Source: Acidobacteriota bacterium (GTDB lineage Bacteria > Acidobacteriota > Vicinamibacteria > Vicinamibacterales > 2-12-FULL-66-21). Taken from it: 64,000 nt of DNA. Below, in pieces: positions 1-9,688 of the stretch. A program made the translations under genes and the position numbers. The notes under the pieces were generated by a model. The model was not told the origin of the DNA. It ran no database searches and saw nothing but the letters and a program-made list of their open reading frames with translations. Positions within the stretch are counted from its first letter, which is position 1. The number at the start of each line of letters is the position of its first letter. The stretch spans positions 460 through 64,459 of the forward strand of contig JBKOZS010000054.1 in the NCBI GenBank assembly GCA_046726015.1, given 5' to 3'.

Positions 1-1463
1 AGTCCCTCCTGCACGGCAGTCGCAATCTCCTGGGCCATCATCAGGTACGAGCCGTCGCCCACCATCACGTAAACGTCGCGGTGTGGTTGCGCCATCTTCA
101 CGCCCAGCCCACCGGCAATTTCGTAACCCATGCACGAGTAGCCGTACTCGAGGTGATACCCGCCAGGGGTGCGCGTGCGCCACAGCTTGTGCAGATCGCC
201 GGGCAGGCTGCCTGCCGCGCAGAGCACCACGGCATCGGGCGCCGACGCGTCGTTGAGCAATCCGATCACTTCACCCTGGCTAATCACTGGACCATGGTTC
301 AAGTGATGGATCCGGTCGACTTCCTGTTCCCACTGGCGCTTCTCGGAACAGATTTCCGAGCCATATGACGCACTGACACGCCAGCCCTGGAGCGCCGCCT
401 GAAGTTCTTCCAGCGAGACGCGCGCATCGCCAACGAGCGGCACCGCGGCGTGTTTCAGCGCGTCGAGCTCGGTCACGTTGATGGCCACGAACCGCACGTT
501 CGCCGCTGCAAACGCGCTTTTCGAAGCGGTTGTGAAGTCGCTGAGGCGAGAACCCACGACGATGACGAGATCGGCGTCGCGCGCCAGCCGGTTGGCGGCG
601 GACGTGCCGGTGACGCCGACAGCGCCAACGGCCTGCGGATGATCGAACGGCAGCGCTCCTTTTCCGGCCTGTGTCTCACCGACCGGAATGCCGGTCGCCT
701 CCGCGAAGGCGCGCAACGCGCCGGTGGCTTCGCTATAGAGAACGCCACCGCCGGCGACGATGAACGGCCGGGCCGATTGGCGAATGGCAGCGGCGGCCGC
801 AGCGATCGCGGCAGTGTCGGGACGATTGCGCGCGATGGTCCAGGTCCTTGGCTCGAAGAGGTCGGCCGGGAACTCGGACGCCTCTGCTTGCACGTCCTGG
901 GGGAACGCCAGCGTGACCGCGCCGGTGTCGGCCGGCGACGTCAGGACACGCATCGCTTCGAGCAGCGCCGACGGCAACTGCTCGGGACGATTGATTCGAT
1001 CCCAGTAGCGTGAGATTGGCTTGAAGCAGTCATTGACCGACACGTCGCGCGACCCGGGGTACTCCAGCTGCTGCAGCACCGGGTCTGGGCGCCGGGTGGC
1101 GAAGATGTCTCCAGGCAGAAGCAGCACCGGCAGGCGATTGATCGTCGCGCCGGCAGCGGCCGTGATCATGTTCGTTGCGCCCGGGCCGATCGACGTCGTG
1201 CACGCCAGCGTGCGCATGCGATTGCTGGCCTTCGCGAACGCTGCCGCGGTATGCACCATGGCCTGTTCGTTGCGCGGCACGTAGAACGGCAGCGGCGCCG
1301 GGCGGTGCAGCAGCGCCTCCCCGATGCCCGCCACGTTGCCGTGACCGAAAATGCCGAACACGCCCGCGAAGAACGGATGCTCGCGTCCATCGCGGCGAAC
1401 ACGCTGAGCGGCAAGGAACCGGAAGAGGGCCTGTGCGACGGTGAAGCGATGCGTGGCAGCCAT
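1..1463 (-). CDS. iolD: 3D-(3,5/4)-trihydroxycyclohexane-1,2-dione acylhydrolase (IolD, ThDP-dependent); C-terminal part cut by window edge
   Basis: The minus-strand frame is open from ATG 1463..1461 to nt 1, so it is absent from the ORF track. My translation starts MAATHRFTVAQALFRFLAAQ..FGHGNVAGIGEAL..TSIGPGATNM..LLLPGDIF and ends ..GYEIAGGLGVKMA..VMVGDGSYLMMAQEI (ThDP GDG motif). This is an acetolactate-synthase-like fold, and the iolG/iolB neighbours favour IolD. Confidence 0.8.
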   Translation of the reverse strand, partial: MAATHRFTVAQALFRFLAAQRVRRDGREHPFFAGVFGIFGHGNVAGIGEALLHRPAPLPFYVPRNEQAMVHTAAAFAKASNRMRTLACTTSIGPGATNMITAAAGATINRLPVLLLPGDIFATRRPDPVLQQLEYPGSRDVSVNDCFKPISRYWDRINRPEQLPSALLEAMRVLTSPADTGAVTLAFPQDVQAEASEFPADLFEPRTWTIARNRPDTAAIAAAAAAIRQSARPFIVAGGGVLYSEATGALRAFAEATGIPVGETQAGKGALPFDHPQAVGAVGVTGTSAANRLARDADLVIVVGSRLSDFTTASKSAFAAANVRFVAINVTELDALKHAAVPLVGDARVSLEELQAALQGWRVSASYGSEICSEKRQWEQEVDRIHHLNHGPVISQGEVIGLLNDASAPDAVVLCAAGSLPGDLHKLWRTRTPGGYHLEYGYSCMGYEIAGGLGVKMAQPHRDVYVMVGDGSYLMMAQEIATAVQEG

Positions 1464-1464
1464 T

Positions 1465-1541
1465 GTTGACGGTTTGCAGTTTGCGGTTTGCAGTTCGCGG
1501 TCTGCAGTTCGCGGTTTGCGGTTTGCCGTTTACGGTTGACG
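1465..1541. repeat. 11 direct tandem heptamers GTTYGCR between divergent iolD and the ABC ATPase gene
   Basis: Read directly: GTTGACG GTTTGCA GTTTGCG GTTTGCA GTTCGCG GTCTGCA GTTCGCG GTTTGCG GTTTGCC GTTTACG GTTGACG. Confidence 0.9.
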
Positions 1542-1638
1542 GCTCGCCCGCTGATGGCGCGGGCTGACGTCGGGAATGCTAGCAGATTGCGCGAGAAGCG
1601 AGCAAAGCTACGTACGCTAGACTGACCGCCTGCTTCGC

Positions 1639-3144
1639 ATGACTGACACCACTCAGTCCCCTCCCCTGCTGCAAATGCGGGGCATCTGCAAACAGTTTCC
1701 CGGCGTCCGCGCGCTGGACGATGTGGCGTTCGAGCTGCAACGGGGAGAGGTGCACGTGCTGCTCGGGGAGAACGGGGCGGGGAAGTCGACGCTGATGCGC
1801 GTGCTCAGCGGCGCGTGCGCGCGGGACGCGGGCGAGATCCTGATTGATGGCCACGCCGTGTCGCTGCACTCGCCTCGCGAAGCGCAAGCCCTCGGCATCA
1901 GCACGATTTACCAGGAGTTCAACCTCGTCCCGCATCTTTCGGCTGCGGCAAACATCTTTCTCGGTCGCGAGCCGCTGCACGGCGCCGGGATCATCAACCG
2001 GAGGAAGCTGACGGCCGACGCCGCTCGGCTGCTGCAGGGTCTCGGCACGCCGATCGACCCGTCGGCCCGCGTGAAGGATCTCAGCGTCGCCGAGCAGCAG
2101 ATGGTGGAAGTCGCCAAGGCCCTGTCGATCGACGCGCGAATCCTGATTATGGACGAGCCGACGTCGGCGCTGACGGAATCCGAGATCGACGAGCTGTTCA
2201 ACGCCATTGGCCGGCTGACGAAGCGCGGCGTCGCGGTCATCTATATCTCGCACCGCATGGAGGAGCTCGCGCGCGTCGGGCACCGGGCGACGGTCATGCG
2301 TGACGGGCGTTACATCGCGACGCGTCCGCTTCCCTGCCCCATTCCCGATCTGGTGCGATTGATGGCGAACCGCGACGTCACGCACCACTTCCCGCCAGCC
2401 ACGCGAAAACGCGGCGCCCCACTGCTGCACGTCGAGGGGATTTCGCGTGGTCCGCGCTTGCGCGACGTCAGCTTCACGCTGCATCGAGGCGAGATTCTTG
2501 GCGTGGCGGGGCTGCTCGGCGCCGGCCGGACGGAACTCGCGCGCGCCATCGCCGGCGCCGACGTGCCTGAGCGCGGCCGCGTTGTGCTCGACGGCCGCCC
2601 GCTGCGAGTGCGCGCGCCGTCGGATGCGATCCGCGCGGGCATCGGCCTCGTCCCCGAGGATCGGAAGCGCCATGGGTTCGTGCCCGGACAGAGCGTGGCT
2701 GCCAATCTCGCGCTCCCGCAGCTGCGGCGGCTCGCGCGAGGCGGCGTGATCGATCGACGCCAGGAACGCGCCCTGGCCCTGCGATGGATCGACGAGCTCC
2801 GCATCAAGACACCGGACGCGACAGCCCGCGTGCTGACGCTCAGCGGCGGCAACCAGCAGAAGGTCGTCCTCGGCAAATGGCTGGCGGCCGGCGCCGACGT
2901 GCTCATTGTCGACGAACCCACGCGCGGCATCGACGTCGCAGCAAAGATGGAGATCTATCAGCTCCTCGATCGCCTGGCCGCGAACGGTGCCGGCATCCTG
3001 ATGATCTCGTCGGACCTGCCGGAGGTCCTGGGCATGAGCGATCGCGTGCTCGTGATGCACCAGGGACGGCTGCAAGCCGTGCTCGATGCGCACGACGCTA
3101 CGCAGGAGCGAGTCCTCCATGCGGCGCTGGGGCTGGCTTCCTGA
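1639..3144 (+). CDS. sugar ABC transporter ATP-binding protein (duplicated ABC domains, RbsA/MglA type)
   Basis: 501 aa. Walker [10 protein letters not shown], a second ABC half ([10 protein letters not shown]) and LSGGNQQKV signatures. The stop overlaps the permease start (TGATG). Confidence 0.9.
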   Translation: MTDTTQSPPLLQMRGICKQFPGVRALDDVAFELQRGEVHVLLGENGAGKSTLMRVLSGACARDAGEILIDGHAVSLHSPREAQALGISTIYQEFNLVPHLSAAANIFLGREPLHGAGIINRRKLTADAARLLQGLGTPIDPSARVKDLSVAEQQMVEVAKALSIDARILIMDEPTSALTESEIDELFNAIGRLTKRGVAVIYISHRMEELARVGHRATVMRDGRYIATRPLPCPIPDLVRLMANRDVTHHFPPATRKRGAPLLHVEGISRGPRLRDVSFTLHRGEILGVAGLLGAGRTELARAIAGADVPERGRVVLDGRPLRVRAPSDAIRAGIGLVPEDRKRHGFVPGQSVAANLALPQLRRLARGGVIDRRQERALALRWIDELRIKTPDATARVLTLSGGNQQKVVLGKWLAAGADVLIVDEPTRGIDVAAKMEIYQLLDRLAANGAGILMISSDLPEVLGMSDRVLVMHQGRLQAVLDAHDATQERVLHAALGLAS

Positions 3145-4085
3145 TGCGCCACGTCTTTACCGCCTCCGGGCGGAGGCTGGGCACGCTCGCCGGCCTCTTC
3201 GGCCTGTGCCTGCTGCTGTGGGCGCTCACGCCGCATTTCCTGACCGTCTCGAACCTGCTCAATGTCCTCGAGCAAACCTCGATCAATGCGGTGATTGCGG
3301 CAGGCATGACGTTCGTGATCATCTCGGGCGGGATCGATCTGTCCGTGGGATCCCTCGTCGCCGTAGCCGGGGTCGTCCTTGCCAGCACCTTGCACGCGGG
3401 AGTGCCGATTCCGATCGCGATCGCCGCTTCCCTCGCCGTGGGCTTTGGCTTTGGCGTTTTGAACGGTCTCGCGATTACCTGGGGTCGCCTGCCCCCGTTC
3501 ATCGCCACCCTGGGCATGATGAGCATTGCGCGCGGCTGTGCGCTGCTCTTCACCGAAGGGCGGCCGCTATCAGGCTTCGAACCAGCGTTCCGCGTGATTG
3601 CGACCGGGAGAGTGCTGGGAATCCCGGCGCCCGTGTTTCTCACAATCGTGGTGTATCTGCTGGCGCATTTCGTTCTGGCGGAAACGCGCTTCGGCCGCTA
3701 CGCCTATTCGATGGGAGGCAACGAGGAGGCCACGCGATTGTCGGGTGTCAACGTGCGGCTGCACAAGACACTCGTCTATGGCGTGTCCGGCCTCGCCAGC
3801 GCCGTTGCCGCGGTCCTGCTGACGGCCCGGCTCAACTCCGCTCAGCCGATCGCAGGCATCATGTACGAGCTGGACGCGATTGCCGCCGTCGTCATCGGCG
3901 GCACCAGCCTGATGGGGGGCGAAGGGGGCGTCGGCGGGACGCTGATTGGCGCGCTGATCATGGGCGTGCTGCGAAACGGCTTGAACCTGCTCGGCGTCTC
4001 GTCGTTCGTGCAGCAGATCGTGATTGGTCTCGTTATCGTTGTGGCAGTACTTATCGACACGGTATTGAAATCGAGAAAGGCGTGA
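3144..4085 (+). CDS. sugar ABC transporter permease (RbsC/BPD_transp_2 type)
   Basis: The in-frame ATG at 3144 gives [26 protein letters not shown].., a multi-TM protein with GGIDLSVGS and TSLMGGEGG motifs. The track ORF 2784..4085 is an upstream extension that overlaps the ATPase gene. Confidence 0.9.
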   Translation: MRHVFTASGRRLGTLAGLFGLCLLLWALTPHFLTVSNLLNVLEQTSINAVIAAGMTFVIISGGIDLSVGSLVAVAGVVLASTLHAGVPIPIAIAASLAVGFGFGVLNGLAITWGRLPPFIATLGMMSIARGCALLFTEGRPLSGFEPAFRVIATGRVLGIPAPVFLTIVVYLLAHFVLAETRFGRYAYSMGGNEEATRLSGVNVRLHKTLVYGVSGLASAVAAVLLTARLNSAQPIAGIMYELDAIAAVVIGGTSLMGGEGGVGGTLIGALIMGVLRNGLNLLGVSSFVQQIVIGLVIVVAVLIDTVLKSRKA

Positions 4086-4113
4086 CGGACGGGATCCTAG
4101 CGGCAGCTGTTTA

Positions 4114-4222
4114 GCGGAGAGATCGGGAGAGCGGAGAGAGCGGGTCTTTGGGGGTAACGGAACCTCCGATTCAGCAACAGCAAACCAAGCTGCCGCCCTC
4201 TCCGAGCTCTCTGTGCTCTCGG
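4114..4222. repeat. imperfect long inverted repeat built from GAGAGCG-type units (left arm 4114-4144, right arm CTCTCCG-type 4192-4222)
   Basis: GCGGAGAGATCGGGAGAGCGGAGAGAGCGGG ... GCCGCCCTCTCCGAGCTCTCTGTGCTCTCGG, inside the permease-to-binding-protein spacer. Confidence 0.6.
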
Positions 4223-4258
4223 TGATCAAGGGGCCCATTTGAAGAATTGGGAGCGACC

Positions 4259-5233
4259 ATGTTTCACTCACGTGTTCGGTGGATAGGAGTCCTGTTCGTT
4301 CCGGCGCTCGCATTCACGGTGGCGTGCAACCGGGAGACGCCTGGAGGCTCCTCCGGCAGGCCACGCGTCGCGCTCGTCATGAAGACACTGAACAACCCGT
4401 TCTTCATCGACATGCAACGGGGCGCCGAGCAGGCGGCCAAGGACCTGAACGTCGACCTTGTCGTGCAGGCGGCGGATCGCGAAACCGACGTCGAGCGCCA
4501 GATGCAGATCGTCGAGAACCTGATCCAGGCGCGTGTGAACGCGCTAGCGCTCACGCCCTCCGGCTCACGCGAGGTCGTTCCCGTGGTCGGCAAGGCCAAT
4601 GCGGCGAACATCCCGGTCGTGATCGTCGACACGCGACTCGATCAAAAGGCGGCTACCGATGCCGGCGTGAAGACGGCGAGCTTCGTGGGTTCCGATAACT
4701 ATCGTGGCGGCCAGATCATCGGGGAGTACCTGGTCAAGGTCTCGGACCGCCGCGCGAAGGTCGCCATCCTCGAAGGCATTCCCGGGCACGAAACGGGCGA
4801 TTCGCGCGTGCGCGGCTTCAAGGACGCCATCAAGGGCTCGCCGAACGTCACCATCGTCGCATCGCAGCCGGCGAACTGGGAACGCGACCAGGGGTTCAAT
4901 GTGTTTCAGAACATGCTGCAAGCACACGCTGACATCGACACGGTGTTTGCGTGCAACGACATCATGGCCCTTGGCGCGATCGAGGCCATTGCGGCGGCGG
5001 GCAAGGCGGGAAAGATCCGCGTGCTCGGGTTCGATGCGATTGATGATGCGCGGCGCGCCATTACCGACGGCAGGATGACGGCAACCGTCGCGCAGTATCC
5101 AGACGAGATGGGGCGCGCGGCGATCGAAGCGGCTGTCAAAGCGGTGAAGGGAGAACCGGTCGCGGCGGACATCGGCGTGCGCATCGGCCTGATTACCAAG
5201 GACAACGCCGCGAGGGAGAGTGACAAGAAATGA
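4259..5233 (+). CDS. periplasmic sugar-binding protein of ABC transporter (RbsB/Peripla_BP_4 type)
   Basis: ATG 4259 is preceded by GGGAG (4249-4253, 5 nt spacing). N-terminal signal/lipoprotein-like peptide ..LAFTVAC. Typical LNNPFF..VDTRLD..GSDNY..GFDA motifs. The track start at 4247 is a TTG 4 codons upstream. Confidence 0.85.
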   Translation: MFHSRVRWIGVLFVPALAFTVACNRETPGGSSGRPRVALVMKTLNNPFFIDMQRGAEQAAKDLNVDLVVQAADRETDVERQMQIVENLIQARVNALALTPSGSREVVPVVGKANAANIPVVIVDTRLDQKAATDAGVKTASFVGSDNYRGGQIIGEYLVKVSDRRAKVAILEGIPGHETGDSRVRGFKDAIKGSPNVTIVASQPANWERDQGFNVFQNMLQAHADIDTVFACNDIMALGAIEAIAAAGKAGKIRVLGFDAIDDARRAITDGRMTATVAQYPDEMGRAAIEAAVKAVKGEPVAADIGVRIGLITKDNAARESDKK

Positions 5234-6252
5234 AACTGAAGGTGGGACTGATCGGTCTCGGCCGGCTCGGGCACGTCTATGCCCGCGACCTGTCGTCGCG
5301 CCTGGCGGAAACGGCGCTCACGGCCGTCGCCGATACCAACGCGGCCCTCGCCAGCGATATCGCGGCGGAGTTTGACGTGCCGCGGTCGTATGGCAATCCC
5401 GAGGAGTTGCTCGCCGACCGGAACGTCGATGCCGCCGTCATCGTGAGCCCGACGCACACCCACAAGGACGTGGTGATTGCGGCGATGATGGCACGGAAGC
5501 CGACGTTCTGCGAGAAGCCGCTCGCGCTCTCGCTCGAGGAATGCCGCGCCATGGAACAGGCTGTCGCCACGAGCGGCGCCTTCTTTCAGATGGGGTTCAT
5601 GCGGCGCTTCGATCCGGGATACGCGGCGGCAAAGAAGCAGATCGATGAGGGCCGGGTGGGCCGCCCGGTCGTGTTCAAGTCCACGTCGCGCGATCCCTAC
5701 AGGCCGAGCCTGGAATACGCGAACCCCGCCAGCAGCGGCGGTATCCTCGTGGACATGGGCATCCACGACTTCGATCTCGCGCGGTGGTTCATGGGGGACG
5801 TCAAGAGCGTGACCGCGATTGGCGGCGTGCTCGCCTATCCGGAGATGGCATCGGTGGGCGACATCGACAACGCCATTACCACTCTGATCTTTGCTGACGG
5901 GCGTCTCGGCGTGATCGATCTCACGCGCAACGGGATCTACGGATATGACATTACGACCGAGCTCCTCGGCACCGAGGGCACCGTTCGCGTCGGCTATCTG
6001 CGCGAGACTCCCGTCCTGACGATGACCAAGAATAGCGTCGCCCACGACACCGTGCCCTACTTCATGGAACGGTTCGAGCGCGCCTACACGTTGCAGCTGC
6101 AGAATTTCGCGCAGAACGTGCTGCACGATCGGCAGCCTCCGATCACGATTCGTGACGGTGTCGAGGCGTTGCGGGTCGCGCTTGCGGCGACGAAAGCTTA
6201 CAAGTCCGGGCAGCCGGTCGCGGTCGATAGCATTACCAGCGAGGGGCCATGA
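5230..6252 (+). CDS. iolG: inositol 2-dehydrogenase-like Gfo/Idh/MocA oxidoreductase
   Basis: 340 aa. N-terminal Rossmann motif VGLIGLGRLG and FCEKPLA motif. ATGA overlaps with both neighbours. It sits between the sugar importer and iolB. Confidence 0.7.
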   Translation: MKLKVGLIGLGRLGHVYARDLSSRLAETALTAVADTNAALASDIAAEFDVPRSYGNPEELLADRNVDAAVIVSPTHTHKDVVIAAMMARKPTFCEKPLALSLEECRAMEQAVATSGAFFQMGFMRRFDPGYAAAKKQIDEGRVGRPVVFKSTSRDPYRPSLEYANPASSGGILVDMGIHDFDLARWFMGDVKSVTAIGGVLAYPEMASVGDIDNAITTLIFADGRLGVIDLTRNGIYGYDITTELLGTEGTVRVGYLRETPVLTMTKNSVAHDTVPYFMERFERAYTLQLQNFAQNVLHDRQPPITIRDGVEALRVALAATKAYKSGQPVAVDSITSEGP

Positions 6253-7109
6253 TGGCACGCACAGTGAAGCTTCGATCGCGCGTTGCCGGATCGCGCGAAT
6301 CGCGCGTACTGATCAGCGTAACTCCGCAGCAGGCCGGCTGGCGCTACGTGAAGTTTGCGGTGCGCCAGATCGCGCCGAAGGATTCGTGGCGCGGCAGCAC
6401 GTCGAACGAGGAGCTCTGCCTCGTTCTTCTGGAGGGCCGCTGCCGCGTGTCGTGGGACGGTGTCGAGGCCGATATCGGCCCGCGCCGCGACGTCTTCAGC
6501 AGCTATCCACACGCGGTGTACCTGCCGAGGAAAACGCCATTCAGCGTAGACGCGATCGACCGCACCGTGATCGCGGACTGCCGCGCGCCGGCAAGCGCGG
6601 ACCATGCGCCGCGCGTGATCTCGCCGCAGGACTGCGGCTTCGAGATTCGCGGCGGCGGGAATGCGACGCGACAGATTGTCGACATCCAGCCGCCGACGTT
6701 TCCGGCGCAGCGCCTGATGATCTGCGAGGTGTTCACGCCCAGCGGCAACTGGTCCAGCTATCCGCCGCACAAGCACGACAAGCACAATCCGCCGTCGGAG
6801 GCCGATCTCGAAGAGGTGTATTACTACCGCTTCAAGGATCCGGACGCGTATGGCATTCAGCGGTTGTATGGTCCAGGGGATCGCGGCGATCAGGCGCTGA
6901 CGGTGCGCAGCGGCGACCTCGTGCTGGTGCGAGACGGCTACCATCCGTTCGTCGCGGCGCATGGCTACGACGCGTACTACCTGAACGTGCTTGCGGGCAG
7001 CGCACGCAGCATGGCCGCCAGCGATGACCCAAGGTATGCGGGTTTCAGGGCAAGATGGCCCGAACCGGATCCGCGAGTGCCGGTCGTCGCACCACCGAGG
7101 GTGTCTTGA
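6249..7109 (+). CDS. iolB: 5-deoxy-glucuronate isomerase (KduI/IolB family)
   Basis: 286 aa. GNWSSYPPHKHD...LEEVYYYRF is the motif block I recognise from IolB. Confidence 0.85.
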   Translation: MMARTVKLRSRVAGSRESRVLISVTPQQAGWRYVKFAVRQIAPKDSWRGSTSNEELCLVLLEGRCRVSWDGVEADIGPRRDVFSSYPHAVYLPRKTPFSVDAIDRTVIADCRAPASADHAPRVISPQDCGFEIRGGGNATRQIVDIQPPTFPAQRLMICEVFTPSGNWSSYPPHKHDKHNPPSEADLEEVYYYRFKDPDAYGIQRLYGPGDRGDQALTVRSGDLVLVRDGYHPFVAAHGYDAYYLNVLAGSARSMAASDDPRYAGFRARWPEPDPRVPVVAPPRVS

Positions 7110-7113
7110 ACAA

Positions 7114-7285
7114 TCGAAGAGTCGAAGGAAGACGAAGGGTCGAAGGAACGCTCAACTAACCAACGGTCGAAGGAGAAATCGAAGGAGTAATCGAAGGGAG
7201 CACCAAAGAGAAAGATCGAAGGGGAGAAATCGAAAAAACCGAATGGAAGCTCCTTCGACTCTTCGCTCCCCTTCGACTCCTTCGA
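7114..7285. repeat. purine-rich array of about 9 TCGAAGG units followed by about 4 inverted CCTTCGA units
   Basis: 7 exact TCGAAG plus 2 variants between 7114 and 7236. CCTTCGA, CTTCGC, CTTCGA and CCTTCGA lie between 7251 and 7285, ending 21 nt before the ADOP ATG. Confidence 0.85.
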
Positions 7286-7306
7286 TTGAAAGGCCGCGGG
7301 CAAACG

Positions 7307-9685
7307 ATGCTTCACGATATTCGTCATGCCTTCCGCATGTTTGCGGCCAGCCGGGGGTTCGTTCTCACTGTGCTGGTCACGATCGGCCTCGGCATCGGCG
7401 CAGGCTCGGCGGTGTTCAGCGTTGTCGACGCTGTCCTGCTGCGGCCGTTGCCGTATCCCCAGTCCGAACGCCTGGTCAGCATCTGGGCATCCGATCTGAA
7501 GACCGGCCGACCGTACGTTGAACTGTCTCCCCCGGAATTTCGCGCTCTGCGTGACGGCGCGAGGTCGCTCGCCGGTGTCGCGGCATACTCGTTGGCCCGC
7601 CGCGATTTCGCCGATCTCGACGGGCGCTCGACGCGAGTCACGGCGGCTCGCGTCACCAACGGATTCCTGTCGGTGCTCGGGGCGTCCGTAACCATCGGAC
7701 GCGGTTTCTCGGCGGAGGAATACAAGCGCCAGCAGGCGGTCGTCATCCTCAGCCATCGACTCTGGACGGCGCGCTATGCGGCGCAACACGACATCCTGGG
7801 AAAGCGCATCTATATCCGTCAAGAGCCGCACGAGGTCATCGGCGTGCTCGCGCGGGACCAGGAGTTTCCTCGCGGCGCTGACATTCTGAGGCCAATCAGG
7901 GACAGCGAAATCGAAGATGAAGACCGTGAGTTCCTGGTCGTGGCCCGTCTTCGTCCCGGCGTGAGTGCGGCCGTGGCGACCGACGAGGCCGCGGCGCTCG
8001 TCCAGAACGTCCCGGATCGCGATGCTTCCTCACCGCACCGTTTCAGCGCCTGGGTGCAGCCGTTGCAGTCAATGCTGGTAAAGGACGCGCGGATGGCGCT
8101 GCTGCTGCTGCTTGCCGCCGTTGCCGTCGTTGTCCTGATGGTGTGCGTCAATGTCGCCGGTCTGCTGCTGGCCCGCGCGGCGGCGCGACGGAAGGAGATG
8201 GCGGTGCGCGCGGCGCTCGGCGCCAGCCGGCGCCGTCTCGCGTCCCTGTGCCTCGCGGAGAGTCTCGTGCTCGCGGGAACCGGCGGCCTGCTGGGAGTGG
8301 GACTCGGACACCTCTTGCTGCGCGCGATGATTGCTATCGTTCCGCGCGAAGTACCGAGACTGAACGAGGTGGTTCTTGACGCGCGGGCGACCGCAATCAT
8401 GGTCGGAGTGGCGCTTGCGTGCGGAGTACTGTTCGGCGTCGCGCCGGCCTGGACCGAATCGAGACAAGACCCGCGCGACGGGTTCGATGGGTCCCGCAGC
8501 CCCACTGCGTCACCGCGCAGGCTGTGGCTTCGTCGCGCGCTGGTAACCGCCCAGATCATGATGTCGACGGTACTGATTGTTGCCGCCGCGCAGATTGCCG
8601 CCGGCTTTCAGCACCTGGTCGAATTCGATCGCGGGTTCCGCCACATGGACCTCCTGGAGATGCAGGTCGCTCCGACGCGACCCGAGAGTTCCGACTCGAT
8701 CGCCGCGCTTTACGACGGCGTCCGGCGACGAGTGGCGGCACTGCCTGCCGTCCGCACGGTGGAGTTCGCCAACTTCAGTGCGATGGACACGAGAAGCCTG
8801 CGCCGGCCGATTCGGATTGAAGGCGCCGAGTCCACGCGCTCCCCGGTGGAGGTCAATATCGGCATCGTTTCTCCGGGATACTTCCAGGCGATTGGTGCGC
8901 GACGTCTGGACGGCCGGCTGTTTGCCTGGGAGATCGACTACAAGGGGGCCGCTCCGGTCGCGATCGTGAACCAGGCCTTCGTCGACGCGCTCCTTCGCGA
9001 CGGACCGGTCCTTGGACGCACGCTCACGATTCAGGACCTCTCGGGACAGAAGCCGCGCATCGTCGGAGTGGTCGCCGATTTGAAACCGAGCGTTCAGTCC
9101 GTTCCAGCACCGACGATCTACGTGCCCTTCGGTCAGCAATTCTGGCCCGCCATGCACGTCACGATCGGCATGGCGAGCGACGATCCGGTCGAGGCCGTTC
9201 CGATGATTCGGGAACAGATCTGGGCGGCAGCCCCGGGCGTCACGCTGGAAAACGTCGGCACGTTGCGCGACAAGGTTGCGCGCACGCTGGTCACGCCGCG
9301 ATTCAACACCGCCGCCGTAGCGAGTTTTGCGATGCTGGCCCTCGTTCTTGCTGCGATTGGAATTTACGGCCTGGTCGCGCTCGTGGTTTCAAGCCGCAGG
9401 CACGAGATGGCAATTCGACAAGCCGTCGGCGCGAGCCCGGCCAACATCGTCGGCATTGTTTTGCGGGACGGCCTGATGCTCGCCGTTGCGGGCATGGCCG
9501 CAGGTCTGCCCGCGGCGCTTGCCGCCGCGCGACTGCTGTCGTCGTCTTTGTACGGTGTGGTTTGGTGGGAGCCGTCTACTCTGCTGGTAGCGGTGATGGT
9601 GACAGCCGGCGCTACCCTGCTCGCCAGTCTGTTCCCGGCGATCCGAGCCGTTCGAGCGGATCCGGTGATGGTGTTGCGAGAGTAG
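7307..9685 (+). CDS. ADOP-type duplicated orphan ABC-transporter permease (two MacB_PCD/FtsX modules, no adjacent ATPase)
   Basis: MLHDIRHAFRMFAASRGFVLTVLVTIGLGIGAGSAVFSVVDAVLLRPLPYP is the typical N-terminus of the acidobacterial duplicated orphan permease family. About 790 aa with two FtsX-like C-terminal TM bundles. Confidence 0.85.
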   Translation: MLHDIRHAFRMFAASRGFVLTVLVTIGLGIGAGSAVFSVVDAVLLRPLPYPQSERLVSIWASDLKTGRPYVELSPPEFRALRDGARSLAGVAAYSLARRDFADLDGRSTRVTAARVTNGFLSVLGASVTIGRGFSAEEYKRQQAVVILSHRLWTARYAAQHDILGKRIYIRQEPHEVIGVLARDQEFPRGADILRPIRDSEIEDEDREFLVVARLRPGVSAAVATDEAAALVQNVPDRDASSPHRFSAWVQPLQSMLVKDARMALLLLLAAVAVVVLMVCVNVAGLLLARAAARRKEMAVRAALGASRRRLASLCLAESLVLAGTGGLLGVGLGHLLLRAMIAIVPREVPRLNEVVLDARATAIMVGVALACGVLFGVAPAWTESRQDPRDGFDGSRSPTASPRRLWLRRALVTAQIMMSTVLIVAAAQIAAGFQHLVEFDRGFRHMDLLEMQVAPTRPESSDSIAALYDGVRRRVAALPAVRTVEFANFSAMDTRSLRRPIRIEGAESTRSPVEVNIGIVSPGYFQAIGARRLDGRLFAWEIDYKGAAPVAIVNQAFVDALLRDGPVLGRTLTIQDLSGQKPRIVGVVADLKPSVQSVPAPTIYVPFGQQFWPAMHVTIGMASDDPVEAVPMIREQIWAAAPGVTLENVGTLRDKVARTLVTPRFNTAAVASFAMLALVLAAIGIYGLVALVVSSRRHEMAIRQAVGASPANIVGIVLRDGLMLAVAGMAAGLPAALAAARLLSSSLYGVVWWEPSTLLVAVMVTAGATLLASLFPAIRAVRADPVMVLRE

Positions 9686-9688
9686 GAA

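Noticed and set aside
1579-3120. 513-aa minus-strand ORF antisense to the ABC ATPase gene. Similar long antisense ORFs: 4906..6258(-), 9704..10666(+), 12529..13653(+), 16022..17299(+), 19561..20454(+), 20609..21565(+), 24016..24939(+), 28861..29637(-), 32485..33210(-), 43782..45089(-), 45581..46444(-), 49805..50671(-), 55274..57019(+), 57225..58040(+) and 61098..62570(+).
   Set aside because: Each lies entirely opposite a gene with strong, recognisable family motifs. Their translations are Arg/Ala/Gly/Pro-rich low-complexity strings, as expected from stop-codon-poor antisense frames in GC-rich DNA. None shows a recognisable domain.
2784-3143. Upstream in-frame extensions of real genes in the ORF track: 2784 for the permease, 30599 for the amidohydrolase, 36000 for the kinase, 41524 for the CxxCH protein, 45092 for pilT, 46570 for the secreted protein, 58112 for the deacetylase, 59660 for DUF374, 62951 for etfA, 36629 for rsmE.
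   Set aside because: The extensions overlap neighbouring genes or repeat arrays and translate to Arg-rich junk. Family-typical N-termini or signal peptides begin at the internal start codons I used.
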